NCBI GenBank assembly: GCA_033442325.1
Contig: JAWQFM010000006.1
Location: 2,025,386-2,089,385, forward strand
Source: Salpingoeca rosetta
Taxonomy: Eukaryota; Protista; Choanoflagellata
Direction: 5' to 3'
DNA length: 64,000 bases
Below the pieces are notes generated by a model. The model saw only the letters and a list, made by a program, of their open reading frames with translations, did no database searches and was not told where the DNA came from. The position numbers and the translations under genes were made by a program. Below are positions 51,179-64,000 of the stretch, piece by piece. Position 1 is the first letter of the stretch. Each line of letters begins with the position of its first letter.

Positions 51179-52804
51179 TTGCACGCGGCGTGACGGAGGG
51201 ACCTCTCTTGGACGTGTGGACGTGTGGACGTGTGTGCATGCGCACGTGTGTACATTGTGCGTGAGTGCGTGCCCTTACTGCTGCGGCATTTGCTCGCTCG
51301 GTTATCGATCCCTTCTTTCTGTTCATTGCTGTTCAGCTGTGCAGAACATTGTGTGCGTGTGCGACTTATGTATCGGTTGCGGCTGAAACGGCAGCTGCTG
51401 GTGTCGTGCGTGATATCGGGTTTACTCGACAACAATTGAACCACAAATCACAACACGGAGCAAGGAGTAGAAGAAGCGGAGGAGGTGGTGCTGGTTGTGG
51501 TTGAGAAGGAGGGGGGGGAGAAGGAAGGTGCAAAGAGGTATGTGCGAGCGTGCGAGGTGCGCGACAATCACAGCACCGCATGCATGCCAGCAGACGGGTA
51601 ATGGACAGATAAGCAGCAAGGAGCGGCGAGCCGCGCTGTCGCCGCAGAGCTAATGTACAAGAGATGAATGCATGCAAGGACAAGAGTGCAGGCAAGAAAT
51701 GGCGAGCGTGTGCCATGAGCGCTCTTTCAGCCCCAAACAAGGATGGCGACGCCCATGAGCGCACACGCCAGCGCCACGTATTCGCTCGCGCGTTCCCCTG
51801 CGATGGTGAATGACGTGCGTGACGTGCGTGAGCAGAGGTGATGAGACGGTGATATGCACTGCAGTGCATCTTGTGTGTGTGCGTGTGTATGTGTGCGTGT
51901 GTATGTGTGTGTGTGTGTGGTGTGTGGTGTGTGGGTGGGTGGGTGGGTGTGGGGGGGGGGGGTGTTCACTGCATACGAGGCGAACAGCACAATGTGCTGC
52001 AAGTCATTACTCTGTGTCTCCTCACCTATTCTGGCAAACTTCCACAGCAAGCTTGCAGGACTGAAGAAGCGGAAGGGGAATGTATGAAGGAGGAAAAGGG
52101 GGCAGAAGCGAGCAGTGAAAGGAGCATGACAAAACACAGTCGAGTGCACAGAGAACGCCGAGAGTGCGAGTGAGTTGTGGTTGGGTTGGACTTGGATCGG
52201 CTCATGCAGCTGAGTTCACACACACACACACACGTTCACCCACGCACACGTTCACCCACAGACACTCACCCGTTCACCCACGCACACACATACCCACACA
52301 CGCACACGTTCACCCACGCACACGTTCACCCACAGACTCACCCGTTGCGCAGACCATCCATGAACTTTGGTGCAAAGGCGCGAGCATACGCGCATGCGCA
52401 AATCAGCAGCAAGATGACTTGCAACAGGCTCTGGAAGTTGAACAGCGCCGACTGCAACAAACAAAAAGGAGAGAGCAAGGAGGGTGGACGACAGGGAGTG
52501 AGTGAGGAAGACGACGAACACCGTGAACTGAAGGAGGGCGAGGGGGAAGAGCGACGCTGTTTGCATGATCCGACACCGCCGACAGAGCCAACACAGCCAA
52601 CACAGCCAACATATCCAACACCCACAACCACGAACCATCGTTGCGGTTGAAGAGGGGATATCGACATCAAGAAATGCATTCAGGCGTGTTTTGTTTGGTT
52701 CTCTTCTTCTGTCTGCGCACACAAACCACTGACCACGACGGGAGCAGCAGCTTTATCAACTGGTCCGCCCCACACCCCACACGTCACACCTTGCATATCG
52801 CACC

Positions 52805-53668
52805 ATGTTCAGCAGCGGCAGCGGCGGAAGCACGAGCACGGCGACGACCTTTGGGTCGACCGCGTCGCAGTCTGGTGCGAGTGGTTTGTCGCTTTGGCAA
52901 TGGGGCGCCTCAATGGACGACGACGAAGGCGCCTTCAGCGGATCCTCCAGCGCCATCGACGATCCAGAATCGCTGGTGTGTGTTGTTTGATGTTTGATCA
53001 GTGCTTACGTGTGCTCGCGGTGTGTGCTTTGCTTGAGATTTCTGTTGTCGTTCTCTTTCTCTTGCTCATTCACCAACACTCGCTCATTCACCAACACTCC
53101 CTCGTTCACCAACACGCACTGACTCACTCATTTTGTTGCTTGCGCTTGTTCAGGTGTTCAAAGGAGGAAAGGACTGCGTGCTGTTCTTGATCGACTGCTC
53201 ACCACCCATGTTTGACGAGTTCACGCCGCCCACGGACGACGAGGAGGCTGGCTCCACCTTCTTCAGCACCGCCGTCAAGGCCGTGCACAGCGCCCTCCGC
53301 AACAAGATTGTCTGCTCCGACAAGGACCTCGTGGGCATCGTCTTCTTCTCCACCGTCAGTGTTGCGTGCGTGTGTGTGTGCGTGTGTGTGCGTGTGTGTG
53401 TGCGAAGAAGACGGTGGCATGGTGTGGTGGGACTTTCTGTTTGAATGCCCACACCCGCGTCTTTGCGTTTCTTTTGCGTTGCTCCCATTCATTCACATGT
53501 GACAGGAGCATCGCAAAGGAGACAGCGATCCCGAGCACGTGTACATCCTGCAAGACCTGGACGTTCCATCAGCAGAGCAGATTCAGCTCCTCGAGAGCAT
53601 CGCAGGTGTGTGTGTGTGTGTGTGTGTCTGTCTGTCTGTCTGTCTGTCTGTGTCTGTCTGTCTGTGTC

Positions 53669-53703
<35 letters not shown>

Positions 53704-54525
53704 CAAGTGTCTTGCGTCACTGCTCATCGTTACCCGGTGCTTGTCTGCCTCCTTGCCCTCTCCACCTCTCTCCCCTCCCCCGCCTGTCCGCATCCTCATC
53801 AACTCCAATGCCGTTAACATCGTGGCAGATGGCGAGTACGACTTCTCGGAGCACATTGGCAGCAGCGACCGCTACTCGCTCAACGATGCGCTGTGGGCGT
53901 GCGGCAACCTCTTTTCCAACGTGCGCACAAAAGTCGAGACAAAGCGCATTCTCCTCTTCACCAACGTCGACAACCCGCACAGCACAGATGACGACCTCCG
54001 CGTGAGTGTCTGTGTTTGTGTCTGTGTCTGTGTGTGTGTGTGTGTTTGTGTCTGTGTCTGTCTGTGTGTGTATGTGTGTGTGTGTGCATGCCTGTGTGAA
54101 ATTGCATGCCTGTGTGTAAATGCATACCTGTGTGCGCGTGCGTGCGTGTGTGTGTGTGTACCTCTGCTGTCACACTACCTTGCCTTGCGCTCTCGTTGTT
54201 CTCTCTCACACCCGATCTTCATCCCGCCCGCTCACTACCCCATCGCTCTACAGCGGCAACTGGAGACGAAAGCGCGGGATTTGACGGATCTCGGCATTGA
54301 GATTGATCTCATGCACATGTCCAGTGACGCCGCCAAGTTCAACATGGACGCCTTTTACCGGCCCCTCGTCGTCAACGCTGTCAGTGCACACATCCGCATG
54401 GCATTGCCACTCACTCGCTTGCTCGCTCGCCTGCGCAGCTGCATGTTCCGTTTTGCCTCGTCAGTTGCTTTGCGGGCTTCCCTTGTTCGGTTGCTGATAC
54501 GTCACCTGACACACACACACGCGCG

Positions 54526-54612
<87 letters not shown>

Positions 54613-55129
54613 GGATGACGAGCCGGAGGCACAGGTGTCGCAGGGGTTTGAATCGTTGCTTGCGCGCGTGCGGTGCAAAGCGCAGAAAAAACGCGCACGG
54701 ATGACGATTCCATGGCAGATTAGCGACGACTTTTTCATCAGCATCAAGGTGTACAACCTCGTCGGCTCGGCAACGAAAGGTGCGTGCACATGACGGTGCC
54801 ATACGTTTGCGTGATGACGATGGTCGTGTGTATGAATGTATGTTTGATGCGGCGGTTTTGGATTTCATACGTGCTCGTGCTGCTGCTGTTGTGTTGTTGG
54901 TTCAGCGTCATACACGTGGCTTGACGGGCGGGACAACGAGGAAGTGACGAGTAAGACGCGCTTCTTCTGCAGCGAGACCAGCTCCCCTCTCCTGTCCACA
55001 GATATGAAGTACTCTTTCACCTACGGCGGCGAAAAGGTCTGCGCCCGTGTGTGATGTTGTGTTTGTGTTTGTGGTGCGTTGTGCTTGTGCTTATGTTTGT
55101 TTGCATGGTGCATACACGACACACTTCTT

Positions 55130-55160
<31 letters not shown>

Positions 55161-55598
55161 ATGGTGCATGCATGACACACTTCTTTGTGTGTGTTTGTTT
55201 GCATGGCACACTTCTTTGTGTGTGTTTGCATGGTGCATGCATGACACATTTCTTTGTGTGTGTGTGTGTGTGTGTGTGTGTCTACTCTGCTCACCTCACT
55301 ACCCTGCACTCATCGTTGCGTTTGCAGATTGTGTTTGACAAGACGGAAGTGGACCAGATGCGCACGTTCGGTTCGCCAGGTACATGTTGATGGTCGCAGT
55401 GTGCATTGAAAAGCACAGCAATCGTGGCTGCTGCCGTAAACACACGTGCATGCACCTCTTTCTTCACACACACACACACCCCACCACAACAAACATCAGG
55501 GCTGCTGCTGCTTGGGTTCAAGCCGCGGTCTGCGCTGCACAAAGAGTACAACGTCAAGAAGTCCAGCTTCATCTACCCCGACGAATCCGTGCGTGCAT

Positions 55599-55640
<42 letters not shown>

Positions 55641-57159
55641 CGTGCGTGCGTGTTTGCGTGTGGGTGCGTGGGTGCGTGGGTGCAGTTCTCCATTCTTGAC
55701 CACTTCCGTATCATGTCATAGCACTGCACTTCACCTCACATCAGAATTCAATTCCCCTCTCAACCTTCATCCCCTCACCACCAGCTGGTTGGCGGGAGCA
55801 CGCGTGTGTTTGCGGCCTTTCTTGACCGCTGCCTTCGTCTCGACCGCGTCCCCATCTGCCGCCTCATCCCGCGTGCCAACAGCCCGCCGGAGTTTGTTGC
55901 GCTGCTGCCACAGGAGGAGCGGGTGGATGAGGATGGCAACCAGGTGGTGCCGCCTGGCTTCCACATCATCACCCTCCCCTTTGCAGAGGACATGCGCTCC
56001 CTCAAGAAGAAGAAGGGACCAGAGCCAACAGAGGTAACTGTGCTTGTGCCCTGTTGTGTGTATGTGTGTGTGTGCGAGTGTTGTGTGTCCTGTTGTGTGT
56101 GTGTTGTCTGTCCTGTTTTATCACTCTCCTCTCCTTTCTCTCCCTGTCTTGTCTCCCTTCATCCAGGGCTCCACTCTGACACCGCACATTGTCCAACCCA
56201 CATCCCCCCCCCTCAATTCACCCAACACCACACATACACGCAAACACACGCGCACGCGCATACATGCGGCCGCAGGAGCAAGTTGGGGCGATGAAGAAGC
56301 TGATCAAGTCGATGAACTTCACTGGTTTCTCGTCGGAAAAGTTTGAGAACCCGTCGCTGCAGAAGCACTACTCTGTACTCGAAGCGCTCGCCCTCAACCG
56401 CGACATCACGGAGGATCCGCCAGACCACACAAGTACGCACACACACGCACACACACACACGCACACGCACACACACACACGCACACACACACACGCGCAC
56501 ACACACGCATACGCACACACACGGCGCTGGGTTTTGTTTCGTTTTCGTTCGTGACTGCGTGTGGCTGTTGCTCTACTTCTACCTTTTGCTGTTGGTTGAG
56601 ATGCGCGTGCTTCATCGCACACACCATTGTCACCACTCATGTACACTGTGTGTTCAACTCTCTCTTCCACTGCCTCCTCTCTCATATGTGCAGAGGTGGA
56701 TGTGGAGGATTTGTCCTCCAAGGCGCGTGAACGGTCACGCAAGGTTGCCGAGTTGCTTTATCCCGCCGGCTACGACCCAGAGAGCATCGCCTCCGCCAAG
56801 GCTTCCTCCGCCAAGCGCAAGGTGACTATGTGTGTCTGTGTGTCTGTGCCTGTGTCTGTGTGTCTATATGTCTGTATTCATACATGCGCCCATGTATCGG
56901 TATTCACCTGCACCCCGTCTGCCTTTTTCTCCCTCTGTGTGGTTTTCAGGCTGGCACAGGCGGCACTGCCAAGCGAGCAAAGACGACTGCGAGTGCAGAG
57001 GTCGACACGGCGCGACTGGCGACACTGCACGGCGAAGGAAACCTGTCCAAGCTGACGGTTGCGGAACTCAAAGCCGCCATCCAGAGCAAAGGTCACGCCC
57101 CCCGCGGCAAACGGAAGGCAGACTTTGTGGAGCAGCTGGACGAAATTTTGTCTGCTTGA
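52805..57159 (+). CDS. XRCC6: Ku70 NHEJ DNA end-binding subunit with C-terminal SAP domain
   Basis: KDCVLFLIDCSPPMF, DKDLVGIVFF, KRILLFTNVDNPH, LLGFKP, FIYPDES, FVALLPQEE..QVVPPGFHIITLPFAEDMR, FENPSLQKHYSVLEALAL, SAP LSKLTVAELK..KRKADFVE. Confidence 0.95.
55095..55265. repeat. Imperfect ~30-50 nt minisatellite (tttgcatggtgcatgcatgacacacttctttgtgtgtg), about 4 copies, in a KU70 intron
   Basis: Directly visible. Confidence 0.75.
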
Positions 57160-57639
57160 GACACAGGGGAGAGGCGGAGCATGATGTGGTCTGGTGGGCA
57201 TGATGACGTGCAAGTTTGCTCATGTTGTTTTGTTGTGTTGCGTTGCTCTTGCGTGCTGTGGTGTTTTGTGTTGTGTCACTGCTGTTGCTGATGGAGTAAA
57301 AGAACTCACCTGAAATGGTATGAACGAAGCATCCACACACACACTCACTCACACACACACACTCTCTCTCAAGTTCAAGTTCACAGACACACTCTCTCAC
57401 TCACCCACGCACTCACTCACCCACATGCACTCGCGGACACAGCGCTATGCGGTTCGTTTATTGTCCTGACACCCCCGCCACGTCACCGTCACACGCTGCA
57501 GAGGCTGCAGGCGAGCAACACGTGCGTGGCATAAGTTACTCCAACACATGGCTTAGCCTCTGCACCATCTCACAACACCATCTCACACCATCTCACGGCC
57601 CATGCACTGTCTCATGTACTGTCTCGCATACCCACAACG

Positions 57640-57951
57640 TCACTGCTCCTTGTGTTTCCTGAGCGTGGGAAACGGCAGACGAACGACATACAGTCGCGAC
57701 CCAAAAGAGCACAGCACCGTGTCATCAGCCATCAACTCAATCACGTGCGAGTCGTGGAGTGGCGGCTCGTCTGCTTGCAGGCATGAGACAATGGAGGTGT
57801 TGGTGTTGGCGAGCGGTGTGATGAGTAAAACGGGTACAGGCTGATTCACAATAATTCACACACGCACTCACGCGCGCGCATACAGCTGCATGTACATTTA
57901 CACACACACACACACACACTCACGCGCGCGCATACAGCTGCATGTACATTT

Positions 57952-57985
<34 letters not shown>

Positions 57986-58002
57986 TCACACACTCACACA
58001 CT

Positions 58003-58033
<31 letters not shown>

Positions 58034-59465
58034 ACTCACACACACACACTCACACGCGCACACACAAACACACACACACTCACGTGCAGCTGCTGGTGTC
58101 GATGTTGCTGGGTCGATGTCGAGAGCGATTGTGCGAATGCGTTCGCCAGATGCCATCACGTCCCAAGCGGTCAGCTCCGCATTCGACACTGCCGGTTGCA
58201 ACGGATGAACCGATGAGGTGGGGGGAGGGGTTAGAGAAAGCACAGACAGGGCCAAAACACCGTGTCAGCGCATGTGTAGGTGTACACACGCGTATTCAAG
58301 CAGGTGCAGATGCATGCACACGTGTTTGCCCAACCGAACCTGTGACAAGGATGGAGGACGGATGCAGCACAAGGGAGTGGAGTGCCTACGAAACGCAACA
58401 ACACAGAGAGAATGTAAGAATATGTGGGGAGTAAGCCGAAGTGGCCACGCATCACACGTCCAAGTACATTCAGCAGTGCATCGTCTTTGCCTTTGACCAA
58501 CCTGACGTGGCTGCAAGACACGCAGACATGACTGCGTCTTTCGGTCCCACATGCGCAGTGTATCATCATCTCCCAACGACACGACATGGATGCTGATTAC
58601 GAGCGTTGGATGGAAGGAAGTAAGCGGCGGTAATATGGCGTCACATCGTTCGTGCGTCTCAGGAGCAAAAGGGCACACACACACACACACACACACACTC
58701 ACTCACTCACTCACTCACTCACTCACTCACTCACTAATTCACTCACTCACTCACTCACTCACTCACACACGCAAACGTACAACGCCCCATGAATCCCTCG
58801 TCACTGTCGCTCTATGCTTCCTCGCACCTGTTTGCGCCGACGTGCGTCACCATGTCCTCGTGTCCGGAGAACACAGTCTCGATCTTCGCAGATGCAACAT
58901 CCTGAGAAGCAGCAGTGAGAGAAACAGCAGCGGCGGCCAGATGAGTTTCGTGAGAGGTTGTGCGCACACAACACCACAAACAAAACAAAAGACGACCATA
59001 CGCGCGCACACACACACACATACACACACATGAGCGCATGAACGATTTGAGAGCAGTTTTCTTACCCATACGCGCACAGATCCGTCGGCGCTGCCGGAAA
59101 CGATGATGGTGGCGCTCAGCGGACTGACGGACACAATCACACAAGAGCGGTGGAAGGTGGTCAAGGTATGTAGAAGGTGGTTGGAGCACGGAAGTGCAAA
59201 CACGAGCAGGGGGCGTGAAAGGACACCACCACCGGCTCGCTGTCTCTCCATCTTTGACATTTGGCTTTCCCCTGCTCAATCGTGCTCATCACAACACAGC
59301 AGTGAGGCAACAGCACGACACAGCTCTGCCCAGCGCACCTGACATCCCGCGTTGACGTGCGCGTTGGCCCCGAAAATGTCGTTAGACATGAAATCGGACC
59401 CGTGTGGCCCGTCAGCGTGGCGGAGAGCCCAAAGTCAAGCTGATGACGAGCACGTGCATCGTGTG

Positions 59466-59504
<39 letters not shown>

Positions 59505-60651
59505 AATGGGAGGTGGCCATCAACTTGCACATTTAACTTCACAACTGTTCTCAAGTCGTCAATACCTTGCGAATGAGACGGATGCACGCGTCTCGACCTG
59601 CCGTGATGATAAAGTCACCAAACACACTCATGCACGACACGGTGGACTGATGGTGACGAGGCAGTGGTGGTGGTGGTGGTGGTGGTGGTGGTGTGTGAGA
59701 GGATGAGTGCATGAGGGGCTTCTGAAACACACGCACAGGCAATCAATTGCAACCGCTTGCACTGACAACCGCACACACACACAAATACACACACCAACAC
59801 GCATACACGCTTTGACACTACCGTGTGGCATTTCCTTGAGCAGACGTGATCGATGTGAGCAGGTGTCGGCGCAGCCAGGTCCTTGAGAGTGTTGAAGCTC
59901 TCGTACGAAAACGTGCCAGAGGCAGTCCTGCTCACAACAGACTCCGCACTGCAGGCATGGTGGTGGTGGTGGTGGTGGTGGGATAAAGTGTTGGGGTAAG
60001 GTGCATGCAAGGTCACGACAAGGCGCGAGATACAGAGTCGCCTCATGGCAATGCATGTGCACAAACGCACGCGTACATATACATACACACACACATACAC
60101 ATACACACCTGAGTGTGCGGCGATGGCCATATCGGTGTGGCGGCGACGCGTCGGAAATTCCGGATGCTGCCATCGTCAGATCACACATGCACGCAACCGA
60201 GTGTGTGTGCAATGAGCACGGTGGCGAGCGCGCGTTGTGACGGTTTTCAGGCATCAACGACTCAGAGACACAGCAACAAGACACAGCAGCAGCACACGGC
60301 GATAACACACAGGGCAAACAAGCAGCAACACGCGACACTCAGAAGAGGGAACTGACTGTCGGCCATGGAGGCTGTGCGGTGGTGGTGGTGTTGATGGCGC
60401 TGGTGCCGAGTGTTTGGAAAGTGTGGCTGGTTTGGTGTTGTCGGCACGGACTGGCCCTTGTCAAAGTGCACAGCCCACGCCTCCAGCACACCGTCGTCGC
60501 GAGCAGCGAGCAAGTGGTGGTCCGAGAACAGCATCTGAGTTGGTCGGTGGTCAGTGGATGGACAAAACGTGGTGGATGGCTGTTGTGAGTTGAAGGTCGA
60601 GGTGTGATGGAAACGCTCAGCAACCCCATGATGTCGCCTGATCTATCGTTT

Positions 60652-60742
<91 letters not shown>

Positions 60743-61634
60743 AGAGAGCACGGTGTCGGCAGCAGCGGCACCTGCGTGACGCGTGGGGGACGCCCGCCTT
60801 GCATATGACTTCCCGGCGGCTGAAGAACGTGGCAGTATTGTGTATGCAGCTCCCACACCTGGTGACAAACCAGAGGCGGGATGAGGATGTGTACGAGTGG
60901 GGTGAAGTATGATAATGAACGCACCCTGGAATCACACACACACACACACATACACGGCAGTGCAATCCAGAAAAATGCACAAGATCGTCCTCTGACACTC
61001 ACTTCCGGCAGCGCATGCACACACATGCACGCACACACACACATGCACGCACACACATACACACACGCGCACACACACACGCGCACACACACACCAAACA
61101 CACCACACACACACACATCACACACATCACACACACACCGACCTCGATGACGCCGTTGTTGAAGCCGAGTGCAATAAAGTGGGCGAACGTTGCGATGCAC
61201 CACGGCACGTCCCCGCGAACCACGGGCGAATGGCGACCGCTCTGGTTCCGCTTCTTCCTCTCGTCACTTCCGTCCGTTGTGGCGGTGGCAGCGTGTGCAC
61301 CGTGCCCACCAGTGCTGTTATCGTCCTCGCTGCCATCCTCTTCCTCATCATCTTGGTCATCTTGGTCTATTTCATCAATCGCAACAAACATTACAGGGGG
61401 AAGAGAGTGAGAGGCACGAGCAAAGACGGCAATGAGTGCTGCGGCACGCGTGCTCACGAACAAACAACAAGAAACAAGGACAACCGTGCATGTATGCATG
61501 CATCTGTGACCATCACCTTCGGATTCTTGCTCATCACGAAGACCTGCGGGAAGATCAAGGGGCAAGGGTGAAAGGATGGGGTGAGACGGGTGGGAGATTG
61601 AGCCGAGCAAGGTGCTTGTACACAACCATTCACT

Positions 61635-61680
<46 letters not shown>

Positions 61681-61912
61681 TACAAACACATGCACACACA
61701 CAAACATACAAACATACAAACACACACAAACACACAAGCGATGAGGCAGATGCCATGCTACGCACTGCAGAGGTGGCGATGTGTGTGCAAATCCCAAACA
61801 GAGACAGCGCCGTCCATCGAGCATGCCGCCACCAGCTGCTGCTGTGTGTTCACAGAAAACAGCTCAAGCTCTGCACAGGTATGTGCCCGTGTGAATGTGC
61901 GTGCGTGAGTGA

Positions 61913-61974
<62 letters not shown>

Positions 61975-62221
61975 AAGCGTGTGTACGCGCGTGCTTGAGT
62001 ATGTGTCTGTGAGTGTGTGCGAGAGATAGACAGATGGGCAGAAAGGGAGACACGCAAAGAGCAAACAATTGCACATGTGTTCTTACGAGCGCGGTGCGTG
62101 AGCGTTCCGATTTCGACGTCAATCAGCGACATGGCTGCAATGCTGTCCACATCCTCCCGTTGGCCAAACAGCGCGTGCTTCGTACTCCGCACAATCGTCC
62201 GCACCTGGTAATGCCGGTGCA

Positions 62222-62284
<63 letters not shown>

Positions 62285-63004
62285 GTATGTGAAGTGCGTT
62301 GAGTGTGTATGTGTGTGTGTGTCAGTGAAGTGCAAGGAAGTAATTGTTTGAGTGACACGAACAAAGCAAAAGCGAACAATGCAGTCAATGACTGGCGATG
62401 TGCATTTGTGCTGACCCAAAACACGGCGACGGTGACGCCCAGGGCAACGAGAACGGCTTGTGTAATGTCGAGCATGCCACCCATGCCAATCACTGCACCG
62501 CGCACGGCAGCAAGGAGGATGTGGATACACATAATGAGGGTCCAGGTCGTTTGATGTCAGCCACAACGCTTCAGCACTCACACAAGCACACAAACACAGC
62601 CATCTATGCACACAACTACGACAGCCCCTTCCATCACAACCACACACACACCACCACCACCAGTGCGGTGGGACGCACGGTTGAGGATGTAGTCGGTGGC
62701 AGTCGGGGTGGCGGGCAACGCATCTGCGACGGGCAGCTCAAGCACGGGGTGGAAGACAATCACGTTGGAATGGCGTGTTGTGTCTGGTTGGTTGGCCAGA
62801 GCAAGCGCAGCCCATGCCGCCTCTGTGTTTGGCTGCACAAACGACGCCAGCGAATGGGGGCCAGAGCCTGATGACGTTGGGTGATGATAGAGATGGTGAG
62901 GTGACAACAGTGATTATGGGAGTGGTGAGGATGATGATGGTGGTGGTGATGTGGGAAGATGCATACTTGCTGCAATTCACATGCAAGAACAACCACACCC
63001 ACAA

Positions 63005-63036
<32 letters not shown>

Positions 63037-63083
63037 CTGTGTGTGTGTGTCTGTGTGTGTGTGTGTCTGTGTGTGTGTGTGTG

Positions 63084-63126
<43 letters not shown>

Positions 63127-63258
63127 ATCTCACGTCCAGAGAGGACGGCGATGAGGACTGTGGCGACCATCGACATGACGCCGAGCACAGCGTTGATCAC
63201 GACACCGCGCGACGCAGACCCGCGCAGCAGGTTCTGGTGTGGCGTGTGGTGTGAACGA

Positions 63259-63299
<41 letters not shown>

Positions 63300-64000
63300 G
63301 TGTATGTGTGTGTTGTGTTAGTCGATGAGTGTGTGTGTGTATGTGTGTGTTGTGTTAGTCGATGTGTGACACGCGGCATACATGCAATGTGTGACACACG
63401 GCATACATGCGTTGTACAAGCGATGAGAGCACAACAAAACCACCAGCAAAGGCGACCATGGCACCACACGCAGCGTATCCATCACCGCAATACCACCAAA
63501 GTCACCGCGACCTCACCTGAATGGCGCGGGAATCGTGCTGGCGAGCAGCAACATCAAGCGACCGCGCCACCGAGGACGACGACGACGACGACGGTGATGG
63601 TGATGGTGATGGTGGCACGGCTGATGTGGTTCTGTCTGCAGAGTCGATCTGCCGCATGAGATCAGAGAGCTCGAGACGCCGCATGTCTAGCGACATGACA
63701 GCAACGTAGATGATGACCTGGGGAGTCGACGGAGGCGTGGTGGACGTGGTGGTCGTGGTGGTCGTGGTGGGCGTGGTGGTCGTGGTGGTGGTCGGGGTGG
63801 TCATGGTGGACGTGGTGGTCGTGGTGAGCTGGGGGTGAGCTGGGGGAGAGTAGGGACATGGCACGAAGGTGTGGTGGTCGTTGGGATCGCAACACCACTC
63901 GAGGGAAAGAAGACGAAGGAGAAGCAGAACCACACACTCACACACGAAGGGAGGTCCAACGGGTAACCACAACATGAACAGTGCGAGCAATATGAGACAT
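57640..64000 (-). CDS. SCAP: SREBP cleavage-activating protein (SCAP): end of sterol-sensing domain, TM7-8 and WD40 region; 5' part beyond the window
   Basis: [19 protein letters not shown] (compare SCAP VLSIDIRRMELADL), two further hydrophobic helices, then WD40 blades [62 protein letters not shown]; ends [17 protein letters not shown]. Confidence 0.85.

Noticed and set aside
24154-57159. RAD52 and KU70 near a nuclease as a functional DNA-break repair cluster
   Set aside because: They are 20-50 kb apart with unrelated housekeeping genes in between; most likely chance in a gene-dense eukaryotic genome.

Overview
Eukaryotic, intron-rich, GC-rich draft genomic DNA with many N gaps and (CA/GT)n-packed introns. 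The style and gene content suggest a choanoflagellate such as Salpingoeca rosetta (inference, not checked). The main result is at the left edge: a 4-exon, minus-strand gene (2637..174, about 722 aa after splicing) that encodes a Fanzor, the eukaryotic TnpB-like RNA-guided RuvC nuclease. The ORF track shows it only as four unrelated fragments. It keeps all three RuvC acidic residues and a Cys-rich finger. A structured candidate omegaRNA overlaps its 3' end and finishes in GGAGTCAA. A 23-bp hairpin and tandem repeats lie upstream. The first ~14 kb also holds an apparently frameshifted EDRF1-like gene and a decayed C2H2/Mutator-like transposase fragment. The rest is ordinary gene-dense sequence: a single-pass membrane protein ending in a PDZ-ligand motif, an Mxd/Mnt-like bHLH-ZIP, a halide/thiol methyltransferase, RAD52, an alpha/beta hydrolase, a PTB/hnRNP-L RRM protein, a very large AbpF-like protein, DDX47/RRP3, KU70 and SCAP. 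All family calls come from motif recognition by eye; no database search was run.
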